64,000 nucleotides of DNA from positions 1,472,001 through 1,536,000 of the forward strand of contig CBDCJV010000002.1 in NCBI GenBank assembly GCA_965217895.1, read 5' to 3'. Below, piece after piece: positions 31,090 through 41,468 of the stretch. The position numbers were made by a program, and so were the translations under genes. Positions within the stretch are counted from its first letter, which is position 1. Every line of letters starts with the position of its first letter. The notes below the pieces were generated by a model that worked only from the letters and a program-made list of their open reading frames with translations, had not been told where the DNA came from and made no database searches. Source of the DNA: Waterburya sp. (GTDB lineage: Bacteria > Cyanobacteriota > Cyanobacteriia > Cyanobacteriales > Xenococcaceae).

Positions 31090-32236
31090 GCTAATTATCT
31101 TACCAGGAGCAACTAATGTTCTTGGAGGTACTCTAGTAACTCTTTCTTTACTATTACAGGGTGTGGCAGCCTGTCACGCTGTTGACAAAGTACAGGTACT
31201 AGCTCCATCTGGTTCTTTTTTAGCCAAATATCTGCAAACCAATGGACAAGAAAACTATCTCCAGTTGATTGCAGCAGATACCGAGGCTGTGTTTGTCAAA
31301 AAAGCCTTGCAGTGGGTAGCTCAACAGCCTCAAGATTGGGCATTGCTGATGGATAATTGCGTAGCCAAAGAATTAATGTCTGTATTAGTGCCTGGTTCAA
31401 TTTTTCTACGTCTAAGTCCTAGACCCGTTTATTTCTTTTTTCACGATTTAGCTCTTACTTATAATCCCGTTGGTTTTTTAATTCGCAAATTCATCTTCAC
31501 AACTCTTGCCCCCGTTAGTATGTGCAATTCCCGATTTACCGCAGGACATATTAAAAGGTTTGTGGGGAATGTGCGGGGCATTTTATATCAGCCAGTGGAC
31601 TTCAATAAATTTAATGGCTCTCCTCTAATTGAGCCTCCGCCAGCTAAGCTTAAACCAATTATTAACTCTGGTTATCGGCTGATGCTTACTCCTTCACGGT
31701 TAAACAAGCCAGGTATTGTCAATGATAAAAATCTGCGGGCGTTGATTCCTGTATTAGCCCAATTAAAAGCTTTAGGACACAATTACCACGGGGTTATCAT
31801 TGGCGATGATACTTCTAGTGATGGTAGTCATAGCCGAGATTTACAACAGCAAGCTGACCAAATGGGAGTAGCAGACAGATTTACGATTCTACCACCGACG
31901 CTCAACATTGAATCATATTATAAATGTGCGGATCTAGTCGTAACTCTTGCCCCCAGAGAGCCTTTTGGACGTACCGTAGTTGAGGCAATTTCCTGTGGCG
32001 TACCTGTGGTAGGTAGCAATAGCGGTGGCATAGGCGAGATTTTAAGCCATTTTGCCCCTGAGTGGACAGTTGACCCCGAAGAACCCCAAGCAGTAGCTCA
32101 AACTATTGTTCGAGTTATGGAAGGAGAAAAAAAGGCACAGCTATTGTCTCAAGGAAAGGAATGGGTGAAGCACAATTGTTCCACTACTGACTATGCTTCT
32201 CGTCTGCTTAAAATTGTCGGCATCACCGTAACTTAA
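31082..32236 (+). CDS. Glycosyltransferase family 4
   Basis: 'EPFGRTVVEAISCGVPVVGSNSGG'. Confidence 0.9.
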   Translation: MNKLIILPGATNVLGGTLVTLSLLLQGVAACHAVDKVQVLAPSGSFLAKYLQTNGQENYLQLIAADTEAVFVKKALQWVAQQPQDWALLMDNCVAKELMSVLVPGSIFLRLSPRPVYFFFHDLALTYNPVGFLIRKFIFTTLAPVSMCNSRFTAGHIKRFVGNVRGILYQPVDFNKFNGSPLIEPPPAKLKPIINSGYRLMLTPSRLNKPGIVNDKNLRALIPVLAQLKALGHNYHGVIIGDDTSSDGSHSRDLQQQADQMGVADRFTILPPTLNIESYYKCADLVVTLAPREPFGRTVVEAISCGVPVVGSNSGGIGEILSHFAPEWTVDPEEPQAVAQTIVRVMEGEKKAQLLSQGKEWVKHNCSTTDYASRLLKIVGITVT

Positions 32237-32244
32237 TCAATACC

Positions 32245-33447
32245 ATGGATAGTTCAGCTAAGAACAGTCACAAAAAAGCCAAGTCTCATTTTCCAGACAC
32301 CCTGGTCGTATCTCGCCTCTTTTTTCCTAGAACAGGGGGAATAGAAGAATATGCCTACAATCGTTGTCTACGAGATGCTCAAAACGTTATGGTGCTAGCT
32401 GCGGGCTGTCCTGGCGATCGCAGTTTTGATGCCCAACAGCCATTTGTTATCTATCGATGGTTAATGCCCCAGTGGTTGCTTAGAGGATTCATTGGCAGTT
32501 TGCTCAAGCAAGTTTTCAGTATGTTTTGGTCTTTTGTCTTGCCAATTTATCTCTATTGGCGCGCCCAGGTTGATAGTTCAGGCGATCGCTATAGTCATTT
32601 AGAATGGTGTCACGGTTATGATTTTCCCTCTTTATTATTACTAACCTATATCTTGCCAGTTCATTTTGTTGTCTATCTTCACGGCAACGATGTTCTTTGT
32701 CCTCTTAGAAACTCCTGGCTGCGCTCTTTATTTACCTTTACTCTCAATCGCACTAATAAAATTATCTGCAATAGCTCCTTTACCAGAGATTACCTACAGG
32801 CAAACTGTGCGATCTCAATACCAGTTGTAGTAGTTAATCCCCAACTTCGCCCAGAAAAATTTGGCATTAGTTCACCTAGCAATCTTTTTCACCTAAGAAG
32901 CAAAGTTCGTCAAGCTTGGCAGATTCCTGATACGGCAATTACTATTCTTACCGTCGGTAGGCTAGTAAAGCGGAAGGGTTTTGACCGCGTAATTGAATGT
33001 TTACCCCAGCTATCAAATGAAGGAATTGATGTTCACTATCTAATTTGCGGTAAAGGCAAAATGGATAGTGAACTAAAAGAGTTAGCCAGTCAACTAAACG
33101 TCGCCGACAAAGTTCATTTTGCTGGTTTTGTTCCTGACCAAGAACTAGCTAATTACTATGCAGCCTGTGATATATTTGCTATGCTCACCTTCCTCGAACC
33201 AAATGAGCAAAGTATTGAAGGTTTTGGCATTGTATATCTTGAGGCTGGATATTTTGGCAAACCCGTAATTGCCTCAAAAGTAGGAGGAGTTATAGATGCA
33301 GTCCACCATGGTCAAAACGGTATTTTAATCGACTCTAATTCAGATGCAGAAATATTAGCAGGGTTACAAAAGCTATGTCGCGACTCCAAACTTCGTCAGC
33401 AGTTGGGAAATAAAGGTAGAGAAATGGCATTGAACAATGAACAATGA
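32245..33447 (+). CDS. Glycosyltransferase family 4
   Basis: 'GRLVKRKG', 'EGFGIVYLEAGYFGKPVI'. Confidence 0.9.
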   Translation: MDSSAKNSHKKAKSHFPDTLVVSRLFFPRTGGIEEYAYNRCLRDAQNVMVLAAGCPGDRSFDAQQPFVIYRWLMPQWLLRGFIGSLLKQVFSMFWSFVLPIYLYWRAQVDSSGDRYSHLEWCHGYDFPSLLLLTYILPVHFVVYLHGNDVLCPLRNSWLRSLFTFTLNRTNKIICNSSFTRDYLQANCAISIPVVVVNPQLRPEKFGISSPSNLFHLRSKVRQAWQIPDTAITILTVGRLVKRKGFDRVIECLPQLSNEGIDVHYLICGKGKMDSELKELASQLNVADKVHFAGFVPDQELANYYAACDIFAMLTFLEPNEQSIEGFGIVYLEAGYFGKPVIASKVGGVIDAVHHGQNGILIDSNSDAEILAGLQKLCRDSKLRQQLGNKGREMALNNEQ

Positions 33448-33454
33448 ACAGTGA

Positions 33455-34897
33455 ATGTCAGACATAAGTACCAAAGAAATAGCTAAAAATAGTTTTTGGG
33501 TAACGGCGGGTTTTGCGGTAGAGCGTGTTGCTCAGTTAATAGCCCAGGTATTTCTTGCCCGTCTTCTAACTCCCGAAGATTTTGGTACTTGGGCAATGGT
33601 CTTAATTCTAACTCGTCTCTCGATGGAATTTAGAGATAAAGCAACTGCTAGCGTTCTAATTCAGCGAGGTTTAAAAGATGTCAAGGTAGTCAATGCCGTT
33701 TATAGCCTGACAATTAACATATCGATCCTGATGTTTTTTGTTCAAACTTTAGCGGGCTTTCCTCTGGCTAAGTTTTTTGGTGAACCAAAAGTATTTGCTC
33801 TTACTGCCTGCACGGCATTAGTGTTTTTAATCGGTGCAGGGGCAGGATCTCATGGTGCAGTCTTGCAGCGTCGAATGAAGTTTCGAGAATTAGCAATTTC
33901 GGAAGGACTGGCGGGAGTTGCTCGCTTTAGCAGTATTTTGCTCTGCGCCGTTTCTGGCTTCGGGGTATGGTCTTTTGCTATCTCTGAAGTAACAATGGCA
34001 ATAGTTGACTCGATCTGCAAACGTTGGTTTAGTAAATATCCCTTTAAATATTATTTATTTCCCGATTCAGTGGCAATCCAAGAGGTCAAAAGTTATATAG
34101 CGCAAATTATTAACGTCAATTTGGCACTTTATCTTAATACTAATGGCGATAATTTTATCATTGGTAAATTATTAGGTACAAAAGCATTAGGCTACTACAA
34201 TTTAGCCTATCAGTTAGCGATGCTACCTTTGTTTGCTCTATCTAAAATAAATCAGGTTAATTTTTCGGTTTTATCGCAAAAAAACAACGACAATAAACTA
34301 ATTTACTTAGTAAAAGCTTTAGAACTGTATGCAGTTGTTTACTCATTATTATATGGCATTGGTTATATCATTTCTCCTCAGCTAATTCCTTTTGTTTACG
34401 GTCAAGAATGGAGGCCTGCGGTAGTATTATTTCAAATTGTTTTAGTCTATGCTTATGCCCGTGGCTTTATGTATATTTTAGGAACTGCTCTCAACGCCAT
34501 AGATCGCCCAGGAGTTAATGCTGCTGTCAATTGGGCTTTAGTTCCTCTCTCGATTCCCGCTTTTTTGATTGGCTCAAAATTTAATGGCTTAACTGGAGTT
34601 GCGATCGCCGTTTCTCTATCTCTAGGAGTTATGGGCAGTATTTTATTTTTCTTAATAACTAGTCGCACGGCAAACTGGAATATCAGCACCTTAATAAAAC
34701 CCGTTATTCCGCCGACTGCGGCAATTTTAATTGGCATTATATTTGTAGCTATAATTCCCTCTATATATTGGTATTCTTTTTTATTAAAACTGGCGATTAT
34801 GATTTTGATATATCTTGTCTCACTACACATATTTTCTCGTGGTACAAGCTCGTATTTGCTGCTCGATTTAATCCGTCAGTTAAACTATAAGCTATGA
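33455..34897 (+). CDS. Wzx flippase
   Basis: 'LARLLTPEDFG', 'DNFIIGKLLG..ALGYYNLAY'; about 12-14 TMs. Confidence 0.9.
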   Translation: MSDISTKEIAKNSFWVTAGFAVERVAQLIAQVFLARLLTPEDFGTWAMVLILTRLSMEFRDKATASVLIQRGLKDVKVVNAVYSLTINISILMFFVQTLAGFPLAKFFGEPKVFALTACTALVFLIGAGAGSHGAVLQRRMKFRELAISEGLAGVARFSSILLCAVSGFGVWSFAISEVTMAIVDSICKRWFSKYPFKYYLFPDSVAIQEVKSYIAQIINVNLALYLNTNGDNFIIGKLLGTKALGYYNLAYQLAMLPLFALSKINQVNFSVLSQKNNDNKLIYLVKALELYAVVYSLLYGIGYIISPQLIPFVYGQEWRPAVVLFQIVLVYAYARGFMYILGTALNAIDRPGVNAAVNWALVPLSIPAFLIGSKFNGLTGVAIAVSLSLGVMGSILFFLITSRTANWNISTLIKPVIPPTAAILIGIIFVAIIPSIYWYSFLLKLAIMILIYLVSLHIFSRGTSSYLLLDLIRQLNYKL

Positions 34898-34990
34898 AGC
34901 AAAGCTATTTAAGCTATTTATAAAATTTATTCTTGGCGCAGCTTTTGTTGTAGTATTACATAATATACAATTGACAAAAATGCCCAGGAT

Positions 34991-36079
34991 ATGAAGTGCG
35001 ATCGCAGCCGTATTGATAGTAAACCAGACCAATTTTTCTTTATTGATTTGCTCAAGGCAGTAAGCATTATTGCCGTTATATCTTTTCATTCACTGTTTTT
35101 TGCTTCAAACACTTACTCTAGTTCTTTGTCGCTCATAGAAATTTTATTTTCTCCTCTGCGCTTTTGTGTTCCTATGTTTTTTACTGTTTCTTTTTTTTTA
35201 TATGAAACAAGTGAAATCAAGAAGCCAAGCAAATCAATCTGGCAGTTTCTTGAAAAGCGATATTCTAGGTTGCTTTACCCGATAGTATTTTGGTTTGGAA
35301 TAGGTATTCTGCTTAACCTAATTAAAGGTAATTCATTAGCAGAAATTTTTGAGGAAATAGTTAGAGGAGAAATTTTTACTGGCTCTTATTACTTACTAGC
35401 TTTAATTCAACTATTGCCAATATTTTATCTGCTCAGAAAAACTATAATAATCAAGCTTAATCTATTATTGCTAGTAATATTTCATAGCTTAATGACGATA
35501 ATTATTTATTACTCTTTAAAAGGCGTATTTTTTACTAACCTAATCGGCTTATTAAGACCAATGGATCGATCTTTATTTATTTATTGGTTGATTTACCTAT
35601 GCCTGGGAACATACATGGCTCATAATTTAACCAAAATTCAAGCTATATCAAGAAGTATGCCAAAAATTATTAAAGCATTTTTATTATTGCTTTTAAGTTT
35701 ATTATTTATCAAAGATTATCGAATGCTATATCAAATTACAGGTAACGCGATCGCACCTTTTGATTACCTGCCTATATCTGTTGTTCTATCAATCCCCGTT
35801 ATTTTTTGTTACTTAAGCACTGTAGAAGAAAATCAGATTCCAGCTTGGCTGGTCAAGCAAGTAAAAATAATATCAAAATATACTCTGGGGATATTCTGTA
35901 TTAATGGCGTTATGAGGCTGGTTTTTTTATCTATTGGGAGTTCAGTTTTCGCCCACTCTTATTTTCAGTTTCACGAAGTACTAATATTCAAACTATTAGG
36001 ATGGTTAGTTTTGTTATTTGTTTCCTTATTTATAGCGATATTGCTTGAGCGTCTAGGTTTCCAGAAAGTAGTCTGTTGA
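34991..36079 (+). CDS. Membrane O-acyltransferase (acyltransferase-3 family)
   Basis: 'IDLLKAVSIIAVISFH', 'RFCVPMFF', 'KRYSRLLYP', 'SKYTLGIF'. Confidence 0.85.
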   Translation: MKCDRSRIDSKPDQFFFIDLLKAVSIIAVISFHSLFFASNTYSSSLSLIEILFSPLRFCVPMFFTVSFFLYETSEIKKPSKSIWQFLEKRYSRLLYPIVFWFGIGILLNLIKGNSLAEIFEEIVRGEIFTGSYYLLALIQLLPIFYLLRKTIIIKLNLLLLVIFHSLMTIIIYYSLKGVFFTNLIGLLRPMDRSLFIYWLIYLCLGTYMAHNLTKIQAISRSMPKIIKAFLLLLLSLLFIKDYRMLYQITGNAIAPFDYLPISVVLSIPVIFCYLSTVEENQIPAWLVKQVKIISKYTLGIFCINGVMRLVFLSIGSSVFAHSYFQFHEVLIFKLLGWLVLLFVSLFIAILLERLGFQKVVC

Positions 36080-36220
36080 GTCTAACTAGAATAATAAAAT
36101 GGGAATAAATGTTTATTATTTGCTTAAGTCATTAAGTTTTATAAGCTTTGATATTCTTGGGGGTATAGATTAGCAGTAATCTAGAAGCATTAGAAATTAG
36201 ATGCGGATTAGAGTTTTCCC

Positions 36221-37069
36221 ATGCTTAACAAAATTTTATATGCCGACTCTGGTGCAGAAAACGCTCAAGATATGCTCAAAATATTGTTAGAGCTTCCCAC
36301 TGCCAAAAGTTCCCAAGTATCAATATTGCGGGTAGTTTCTTCTAAAACAACTCAAGAAGAGTCTGACGCACAAGAGCAAGCTAAATCTAAGATAGATGAT
36401 TTGATCGCCAAATTAGGCATAGATCCAAGTCAAGTAAACATTAGGGTTGAAGAAGGAGAAGCAAAAACTACTGTCCTTAAGGTAGCTCAGGAAATAGATG
36501 CCGACCTAATAATTATGGGGTCGCGAGGTTTGGGTAAACTACAGTCTATCTTGAGTAACTCTGTAAGCCAGTATGTTTTTCAACTAACCGATCGCTCTAT
36601 GCTGTTGGTAAAAGACGACATTTATGTCAAAAAGCTCAAGCGGGTTATGATCGCCATCGATAAATCTCCTGCTGCCCAATATGCCTTAGACGTTACTTTA
36701 TCTTTGTTGCAAGGCTATAAGGACGCAGAGATATTTTTAACCCGTATTAATCCAGATCTCGATCCTAATCTTGCTTTGTCAAAAGAAGATCTGGAAAATA
36801 ATCCTATCTTAGCTCCCGCGATCGCCAAAGTCAAAAGAATGGGTTTTGATTATCGATGCTTAGTTACAGGAGGTAGACCCGCTCAGAAAATTTGTAGTTT
36901 AGCAGAAGCGAGAAATATTGACCTGCTGGTTTTAGGCTCTCCTGAACGCCGCCCTTCGATTGCCAAAAGTCTCCCTGATGTAGAACGTTTATTAGGTAGT
37001 TCTTTATCTGACTACATTCGGATCAAAGCTCCTTGTCCTGTGTTATTAGCCAGACAAGAATATGATTAG
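36221..37069 (+). CDS. Tandem universal stress protein
   Basis: Two USP domains: 'DLIIMGSRGLG..SVS' and 'DLLVLGS..LLGSSLS..PCPVLL'. Confidence 0.9.
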   Translation: MLNKILYADSGAENAQDMLKILLELPTAKSSQVSILRVVSSKTTQEESDAQEQAKSKIDDLIAKLGIDPSQVNIRVEEGEAKTTVLKVAQEIDADLIIMGSRGLGKLQSILSNSVSQYVFQLTDRSMLLVKDDIYVKKLKRVMIAIDKSPAAQYALDVTLSLLQGYKDAEIFLTRINPDLDPNLALSKEDLENNPILAPAIAKVKRMGFDYRCLVTGGRPAQKICSLAEARNIDLLVLGSPERRPSIAKSLPDVERLLGSSLSDYIRIKAPCPVLLARQEYD

Positions 37070-37084
37070 ACTTCTTACACAAAA

Positions 37085-37168
37085 TTTAGGATGAGTGTTT
37101 CACCAGCGATTGCCGATTACTCCACTCCGACATGAGCGGGTGGAGTAATCTGTAACCCCATCCTGAAA
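37085..37168. terminator. Nested hairpin between convergent genes (probable bidirectional terminator or repeat)
   Basis: GATTACTCCAC (37115-25) / GTGGAGTAATC (37140-50) inside TTTAGGATG / CATCCTGAAA. Confidence 0.55.
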
Positions 37169-37176
37169 AGCCAAAA

Positions 37177-39141
37177 TCAACTCTGGCGCAACTTATCTAA
37201 AACGCTAAGGTCTTCCATAGTAGAGATATCGCCAATTAATTCTTCTCCTGCTGCCAAATTACGCAAGAAACGGCGAATAATCTTGCCAGAACGGGTTTTA
37301 GGCAGAGCATCAGCAAAGCGAATTTCTCCAGGACGAGCGATCGCACCAATTTCTTGAACTACGTGCTGCTTGAGTTCTTGCTTTAGTTCCTCACTTTCAG
37401 CATAAGTATCTTCTAAGGTGACAAAGGCATAAACTTCTTCTCCTTTAACCTCATCGGGACGAGATACCACCGCAGCTTCGGCAACGGCAGGATGAGATAC
37501 CAAGGCTGATTCTACTTCCATTGTCCCCAAGCGATGTCCGGCAATATTCATCACGTCATCAACTCGACCCATTACCCAAAAATAGCCATCTTCGTCTTTA
37601 CGTGCGCCATCCCCTGCAAAATATACATAGTTGCCATCTTTGGGGGGAATATGTTCCCAATAGGTGCGACGAAAGCGATCGTCATTTTTATATACAGTTC
37701 GCATCATGCTGGGCCAAGGATGCTTGATGATTAAATAGCCACCCTCGTTTTCGCCGACGGGATTACCTTCTAAATTCACCACGTCGGCAATAATGCCAGG
37801 AAAAGGTAAAGTTGCCGATCCAGGTTTGGTAGGAGTTGCCCCAGGTAAAGGCGTTATCATAAAGCCACCTGTTTCGGTTTGCCACCAGGTATCGACAATG
37901 GGACAACGTTCGCCACCAATTACTTTGTGATACCAGATCCAGGCTTCGGGATTGATTGGTTCACCCACTGTACCAAGAATACGCAAAGAAGAAAGATCGC
38001 GACGATTGGGATGTTCATCACCCATCTTGATAAATGCCCGTATAGCAGTGGGTGCGGTATAAAAGATAGTTACGCCATATTTGGCTACTACATCCCAAAA
38101 ACAGCCAGGATTAGAAGGGCGGGGCGCACCTTCATACATTACAGTAGTTGCGCCATTGGATAACGGGCCATAAACAATATAGCTGTGTCCTGTAATCCAG
38201 CCGACATCAGCAGTACACCAATAGACATCATCTTCTTTGATATCAAATGTCCATTTAAAGGTCATGTGAGTATAAAGATTGTAGCCCCCTGTGGTGTGGA
38301 CTACGCCCTTGGGTTGTCCTGTAGTGCCACTAGTATAAAGGATAAATAGCAAGTCTTCACTATCCATCTGTTCGGCAGCACAATCATCTGAGGTATTAGC
38401 TTTAAGTTCATGCCACCAATGATCTCGCCCTGGCTGCATTTGAATATCTTGTTGAGTGCGCTGTACTACCAAGACATTTTGCACGCTGGGAACATCACTA
38501 GCGATCGCCTGATCTACCGCATCCTTTAAAGGCACTATCTTATCCTTGCGCCAGCCACCATCAGCAGTAATAATTAGCTTGGCTTCTGCATCTTGAAGAC
38601 GAGTTTTTAAAGCCTCAGCACTAAAGCCACCAAAGACAACGCTGTGTGCTGCCCCAATTCTGGCACAGGCTAACATAGCGATCGCAGCTTCAGGTATCAT
38701 GGGCATATATATGCCAACGCGATCGCCTTTTTTCACGCCTAAATCTTTGATCGCATTTGCCATCTGGCAAACTTCTTGATGCAGTTGGGCATAGGTTAAA
38801 GTCCGCGAGTCCCCTGGCTCTCCTTCCCAGATCAAAGCTGGTTTATCTCGGCGATGGCTAGTCAGATGTCGATCTAGACAGTTGTAAGAAATATTGATTT
38901 TGCCATCGACAAACCATTTAGCAAAAGGTGGTTGCCAATCTAGAGTTTTGCTCCATTTTTTAAACCAATGGAGTTCTTTTTCCGCTAATTTTGCCCAAAA
39001 TTCGCAAGGGTCTTGTTCTGCCAGAGCATAGAGTTTTTTATACTCTGCCATATTTTTAATCGATGCGTTGGCTGCAAATTCTGCGGGAGGATTAAACACC
39101 CTTTTCTCTTGTAATATTGATTCTATAGTTACTTCTGACAT
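37177..39141 (-). CDS. acs: Acetyl-CoA synthetase
   Basis: '[11 protein letters not shown]', '[10 protein letters not shown]', 'LPKTRSGK'. Confidence 0.97.
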   Translation of the reverse strand: MSEVTIESILQEKRVFNPPAEFAANASIKNMAEYKKLYALAEQDPCEFWAKLAEKELHWFKKWSKTLDWQPPFAKWFVDGKINISYNCLDRHLTSHRRDKPALIWEGEPGDSRTLTYAQLHQEVCQMANAIKDLGVKKGDRVGIYMPMIPEAAIAMLACARIGAAHSVVFGGFSAEALKTRLQDAEAKLIITADGGWRKDKIVPLKDAVDQAIASDVPSVQNVLVVQRTQQDIQMQPGRDHWWHELKANTSDDCAAEQMDSEDLLFILYTSGTTGQPKGVVHTTGGYNLYTHMTFKWTFDIKEDDVYWCTADVGWITGHSYIVYGPLSNGATTVMYEGAPRPSNPGCFWDVVAKYGVTIFYTAPTAIRAFIKMGDEHPNRRDLSSLRILGTVGEPINPEAWIWYHKVIGGERCPIVDTWWQTETGGFMITPLPGATPTKPGSATLPFPGIIADVVNLEGNPVGENEGGYLIIKHPWPSMMRTVYKNDDRFRRTYWEHIPPKDGNYVYFAGDGARKDEDGYFWVMGRVDDVMNIAGHRLGTMEVESALVSHPAVAEAAVVSRPDEVKGEEVYAFVTLEDTYAESEELKQELKQHVVQEIGAIARPGEIRFADALPKTRSGKIIRRFLRNLAAGEELIGDISTMEDLSVLDKLRQS

Positions 39142-39346
39142 AGTTTTGCTCAGTGTGGCTTTTTTACAGTTACTTGTACCGTCGATTCTCCCAGAATGAT
39201 TTAATATTTACTTAGTTAGTAAGAATTCTTTAACTAATAGTTGTTAGACTTGGTTTTTGTCGGGAATTGTAATCAAATGATCCGTTAATGTGATTAAACA
39301 TTTAGGCTGTATACTAAATTGCCTAATTGATTTTTATTTTTCGGCG

Positions 39347-39486
39347 CAGTTATTGGGATTTGAAATTAAGCCAGAGCATCTAAATGACGACCGCTTCGGC
39401 GAAAGATCCTCTTTTCTTCGCTACTATCTTATCCTTAAGCCAGATTCTTAATTATTTCTCTGACGACATAAAGAGCGGAATGTGGG
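39347..39486 (+). mobile_element. IS1634 family remnant
   Basis: Reads QLLGFEIKPEHLNDDRFG (IS1634 N-terminal 'LNDDRLG' motif), followed by a terminal-like GCGGAATGTGGG. Confidence 0.65.
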
Positions 39487-39561
39487 TTTAATCAACCTAA
39501 AATAGTATTTCCCGATATTGCTAAAAAACAGCGTTTTACGATTGATTGCAACAATACATAT

Positions 39562-39592
39562 TCAGAAAACTATTTTTAAAATCTGTCTGCAC
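39562..39592 (-). pseudogene. 5' stub of a RelE/ParE-type toxin
   Basis: GTG overlaps the antitoxin TAG; reads MQTDFKNSFL, then resemblance is lost. Confidence 0.45.
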
Positions 39593-39767
39593 TATTCACC
39601 AGTTAATACTTTAAACACTTCTTCTCGGCTGACAGATTCGGTTTCTTCTCCTTCCTCGATAGCACGAGATAGCCGATATCTTCTAAAGCGTCTACTAATA
39701 ATGAGCTTACCAACTCCTGATTTTCTGACATTACCTTGACAATCGCCTCTTTAAATAAAGCTTTCAT
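39592..39767 (-). pseudogene. Frameshifted small antitoxin-like gene (partner of a RelE/ParE-type toxin)
   Basis: MKALFKEAIVKVMSENQELVSSLLVDALEDIG, then after a 1-nt shift at ~39670 SRAIEEGEETESVSREEVFKVLTGE*; true start may lie further upstream. Confidence 0.6.
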
Positions 39768-39959
39768 TTTTTGGTCATCCGCGCTGGTAGAAACTTTGAG
39801 CAAAGATGATGATTTGCCATTAGATTCTGTTGGTTTAACCTTGACGATGACAGATATTAGTGATTCCATAATCTTTAACACCAGAAGGTTTTAGCCGACT
39901 GATGTAGGAGGCAATGCCACTAGCTCAATTTTACGGTCGTGGTAAAACACCATCAATTA

Positions 39960-40226
39960 GTGCCTAAAAAATACATTGTTGACTTGAGTAAAGAGGAACG
40001 ACAGTCGTTAGAAAAACTAACCACTACCGGAAAGCACTCAGCCTATAAAATTATCCATGCTCGTATTTTGCTTAAAGCAGATATTAATCAAGCAGACGGA
40101 GGTTAGTCAGATATTGCGATCGCTTCAGCACTGGATACAAGCACATCAACTATAGGGAGGGTAAGACAACGCTTTGTAGAAGAAGGATTTGAGGCTTCAT
40201 TAAATTATCGTCGAGGACGAGGACGT
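39960..40226 (+). mobile_element. IS630 family transposase N-terminal remnant
   Basis: VPKKYIVDLSKEERQSL...HARILLKAD...GG*SD..IA..L.....TIGRVRQRFVEEG; in-frame TAG at 40104; truncated. Confidence 0.85.
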
Positions 40227-40280
40227 ACCCCCGACAATAACCTCAACGGGGGAAACCCCCGCAACGGTTTTGTCTCGCAA
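40227..40280. repeat. Small GC-rich hairpin repeat inserted in the IS630 remnant
   Basis: 40240-40280 is the exact reverse complement of 23030-23070; contains CGGGGGAAACCCCCG. Confidence 0.8.
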
Positions 40281-40453
40281 ACGAATTAAATTGGTATAAA
40301 TAAATAATCTCTTCCATTCTCAACTAAAGTATTTCTCGAAAATTGACATTTGCCAGCAACACATAAATGACCTTTCTATCCCCATTCGTGAGTGTTAATT
40401 TTCATCATTTTTTAATGTTACAATATATATCTTACTTTTTTCTTACTATTAAT

Positions 40454-40708
40454 ATGGATACAAAGCTATCAAGTAAAGGTCAAGTAATTATTCCCAAACA
40501 GTTAAGAGACATAAACGACTGGCAGCCTGGGCAGGAATTGACTGCAACCAGCGTTGATGGAGGCGTATTACTCAAACCAAAAACTATATTCCCTGAAACA
40601 ACCATAGATGATGTCCTCGGTTGTCTGAACTATGAAGGCAACGCCAAAACAATTGAAGAAATGAACGAAAGTATTTCCATTGGCATAAAGAATAGATGGA
40701 AAAAATAG
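40454..40708 (+). CDS. AbrB/MazE/SpoVT family antitoxin
   Basis: 'MDTKLSSKGQVIIPKQLR...WQPGQEL...GGVLLKP'; ATG 40454. Confidence 0.9.
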   Translation: MDTKLSSKGQVIIPKQLRDINDWQPGQELTATSVDGGVLLKPKTIFPETTIDDVLGCLNYEGNAKTIEEMNESISIGIKNRWKK

Positions 40709-41091
40709 GTATTGATACCAACATTATCATAAGAATTCTAACAAACGACGATAAAAAGCAGGCAGAAAAAAGCCGTCAATTAATTGCAATGAATCAAATA
40801 TTTATTAGCAATACAGTAATACTAGAAACTGAATGGGTTCTTAGATATAGTTACAAATTACCTCAAGCCGATATCTGCAAGAGCTTTATCAAATTATTTG
40901 GCTTACCAAATATACACTTAGAGAATAGAGCAACCATTAACAAAGCAATTCAATGGTGCATAGCAGGATTAGATTTTGCAGATGCTTTACATTTAGCATC
41001 AACCAAAAACTTGGATAAATTTTATACTTTCGATCAAAAGCTGTTGGCAAGAAGTAAATCTCTAGACTCTATTCAAGTACTTAAACCTTGA
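40696..41091 (+). CDS. PIN-domain (VapC) toxin
   Basis: 'IDTNIIIR', 'VILETEWVL', 'DFADALH', 'TFDQKL'; overlaps the antitoxin gene. Confidence 0.9.
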   Translation: MEKIGIDTNIIIRILTNDDKKQAEKSRQLIAMNQIFISNTVILETEWVLRYSYKLPQADICKSFIKLFGLPNIHLENRATINKAIQWCIAGLDFADALHLASTKNLDKFYTFDQKLLARSKSLDSIQVLKP

Positions 41092-41468
41092 ACGAAGGCA
41101 GAGGGCAAATAGGTGCAGATGCCAACAAAGCAATGATAAACAAAACTCTCAACAACTCGACTGGATATGAGCGGGTTTCCCGCTCATCCCTCTGGTTCAA
41201 TCTAAACAATCTCAAAATTCTACAGAGTTTACCACTGCTAGAAAGCTTCTGCTGGAATATCAAAAATCCCTACAGTTTGAGTCCAGAAACAATGCTAGCT
41301 ATCTCTGAAGAAAGGTGGCAACAAAAAGATATTCTAAGAACTCTAAAAACAGAAGAACGCAATTTCATTCACGAGATTAGTGAACTTTTTGGTGGATTAC
41401 CTCTGATAGATATGGAAAATAACAGCAAAGATGAAATTTTTGCAGGTATTCAAAAGACTAATAAATAG
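41088..41468 (+). pseudogene. Truncated gene resembling the partner/N-terminal module of AbiE-type nucleotidyltransferase TA systems
   Basis: 'LPLLESFCWNI..PYSLSPETMLAI.EERW....L..EERNFI' pattern; ends where a convergent fragment also ends. Confidence 0.4.
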
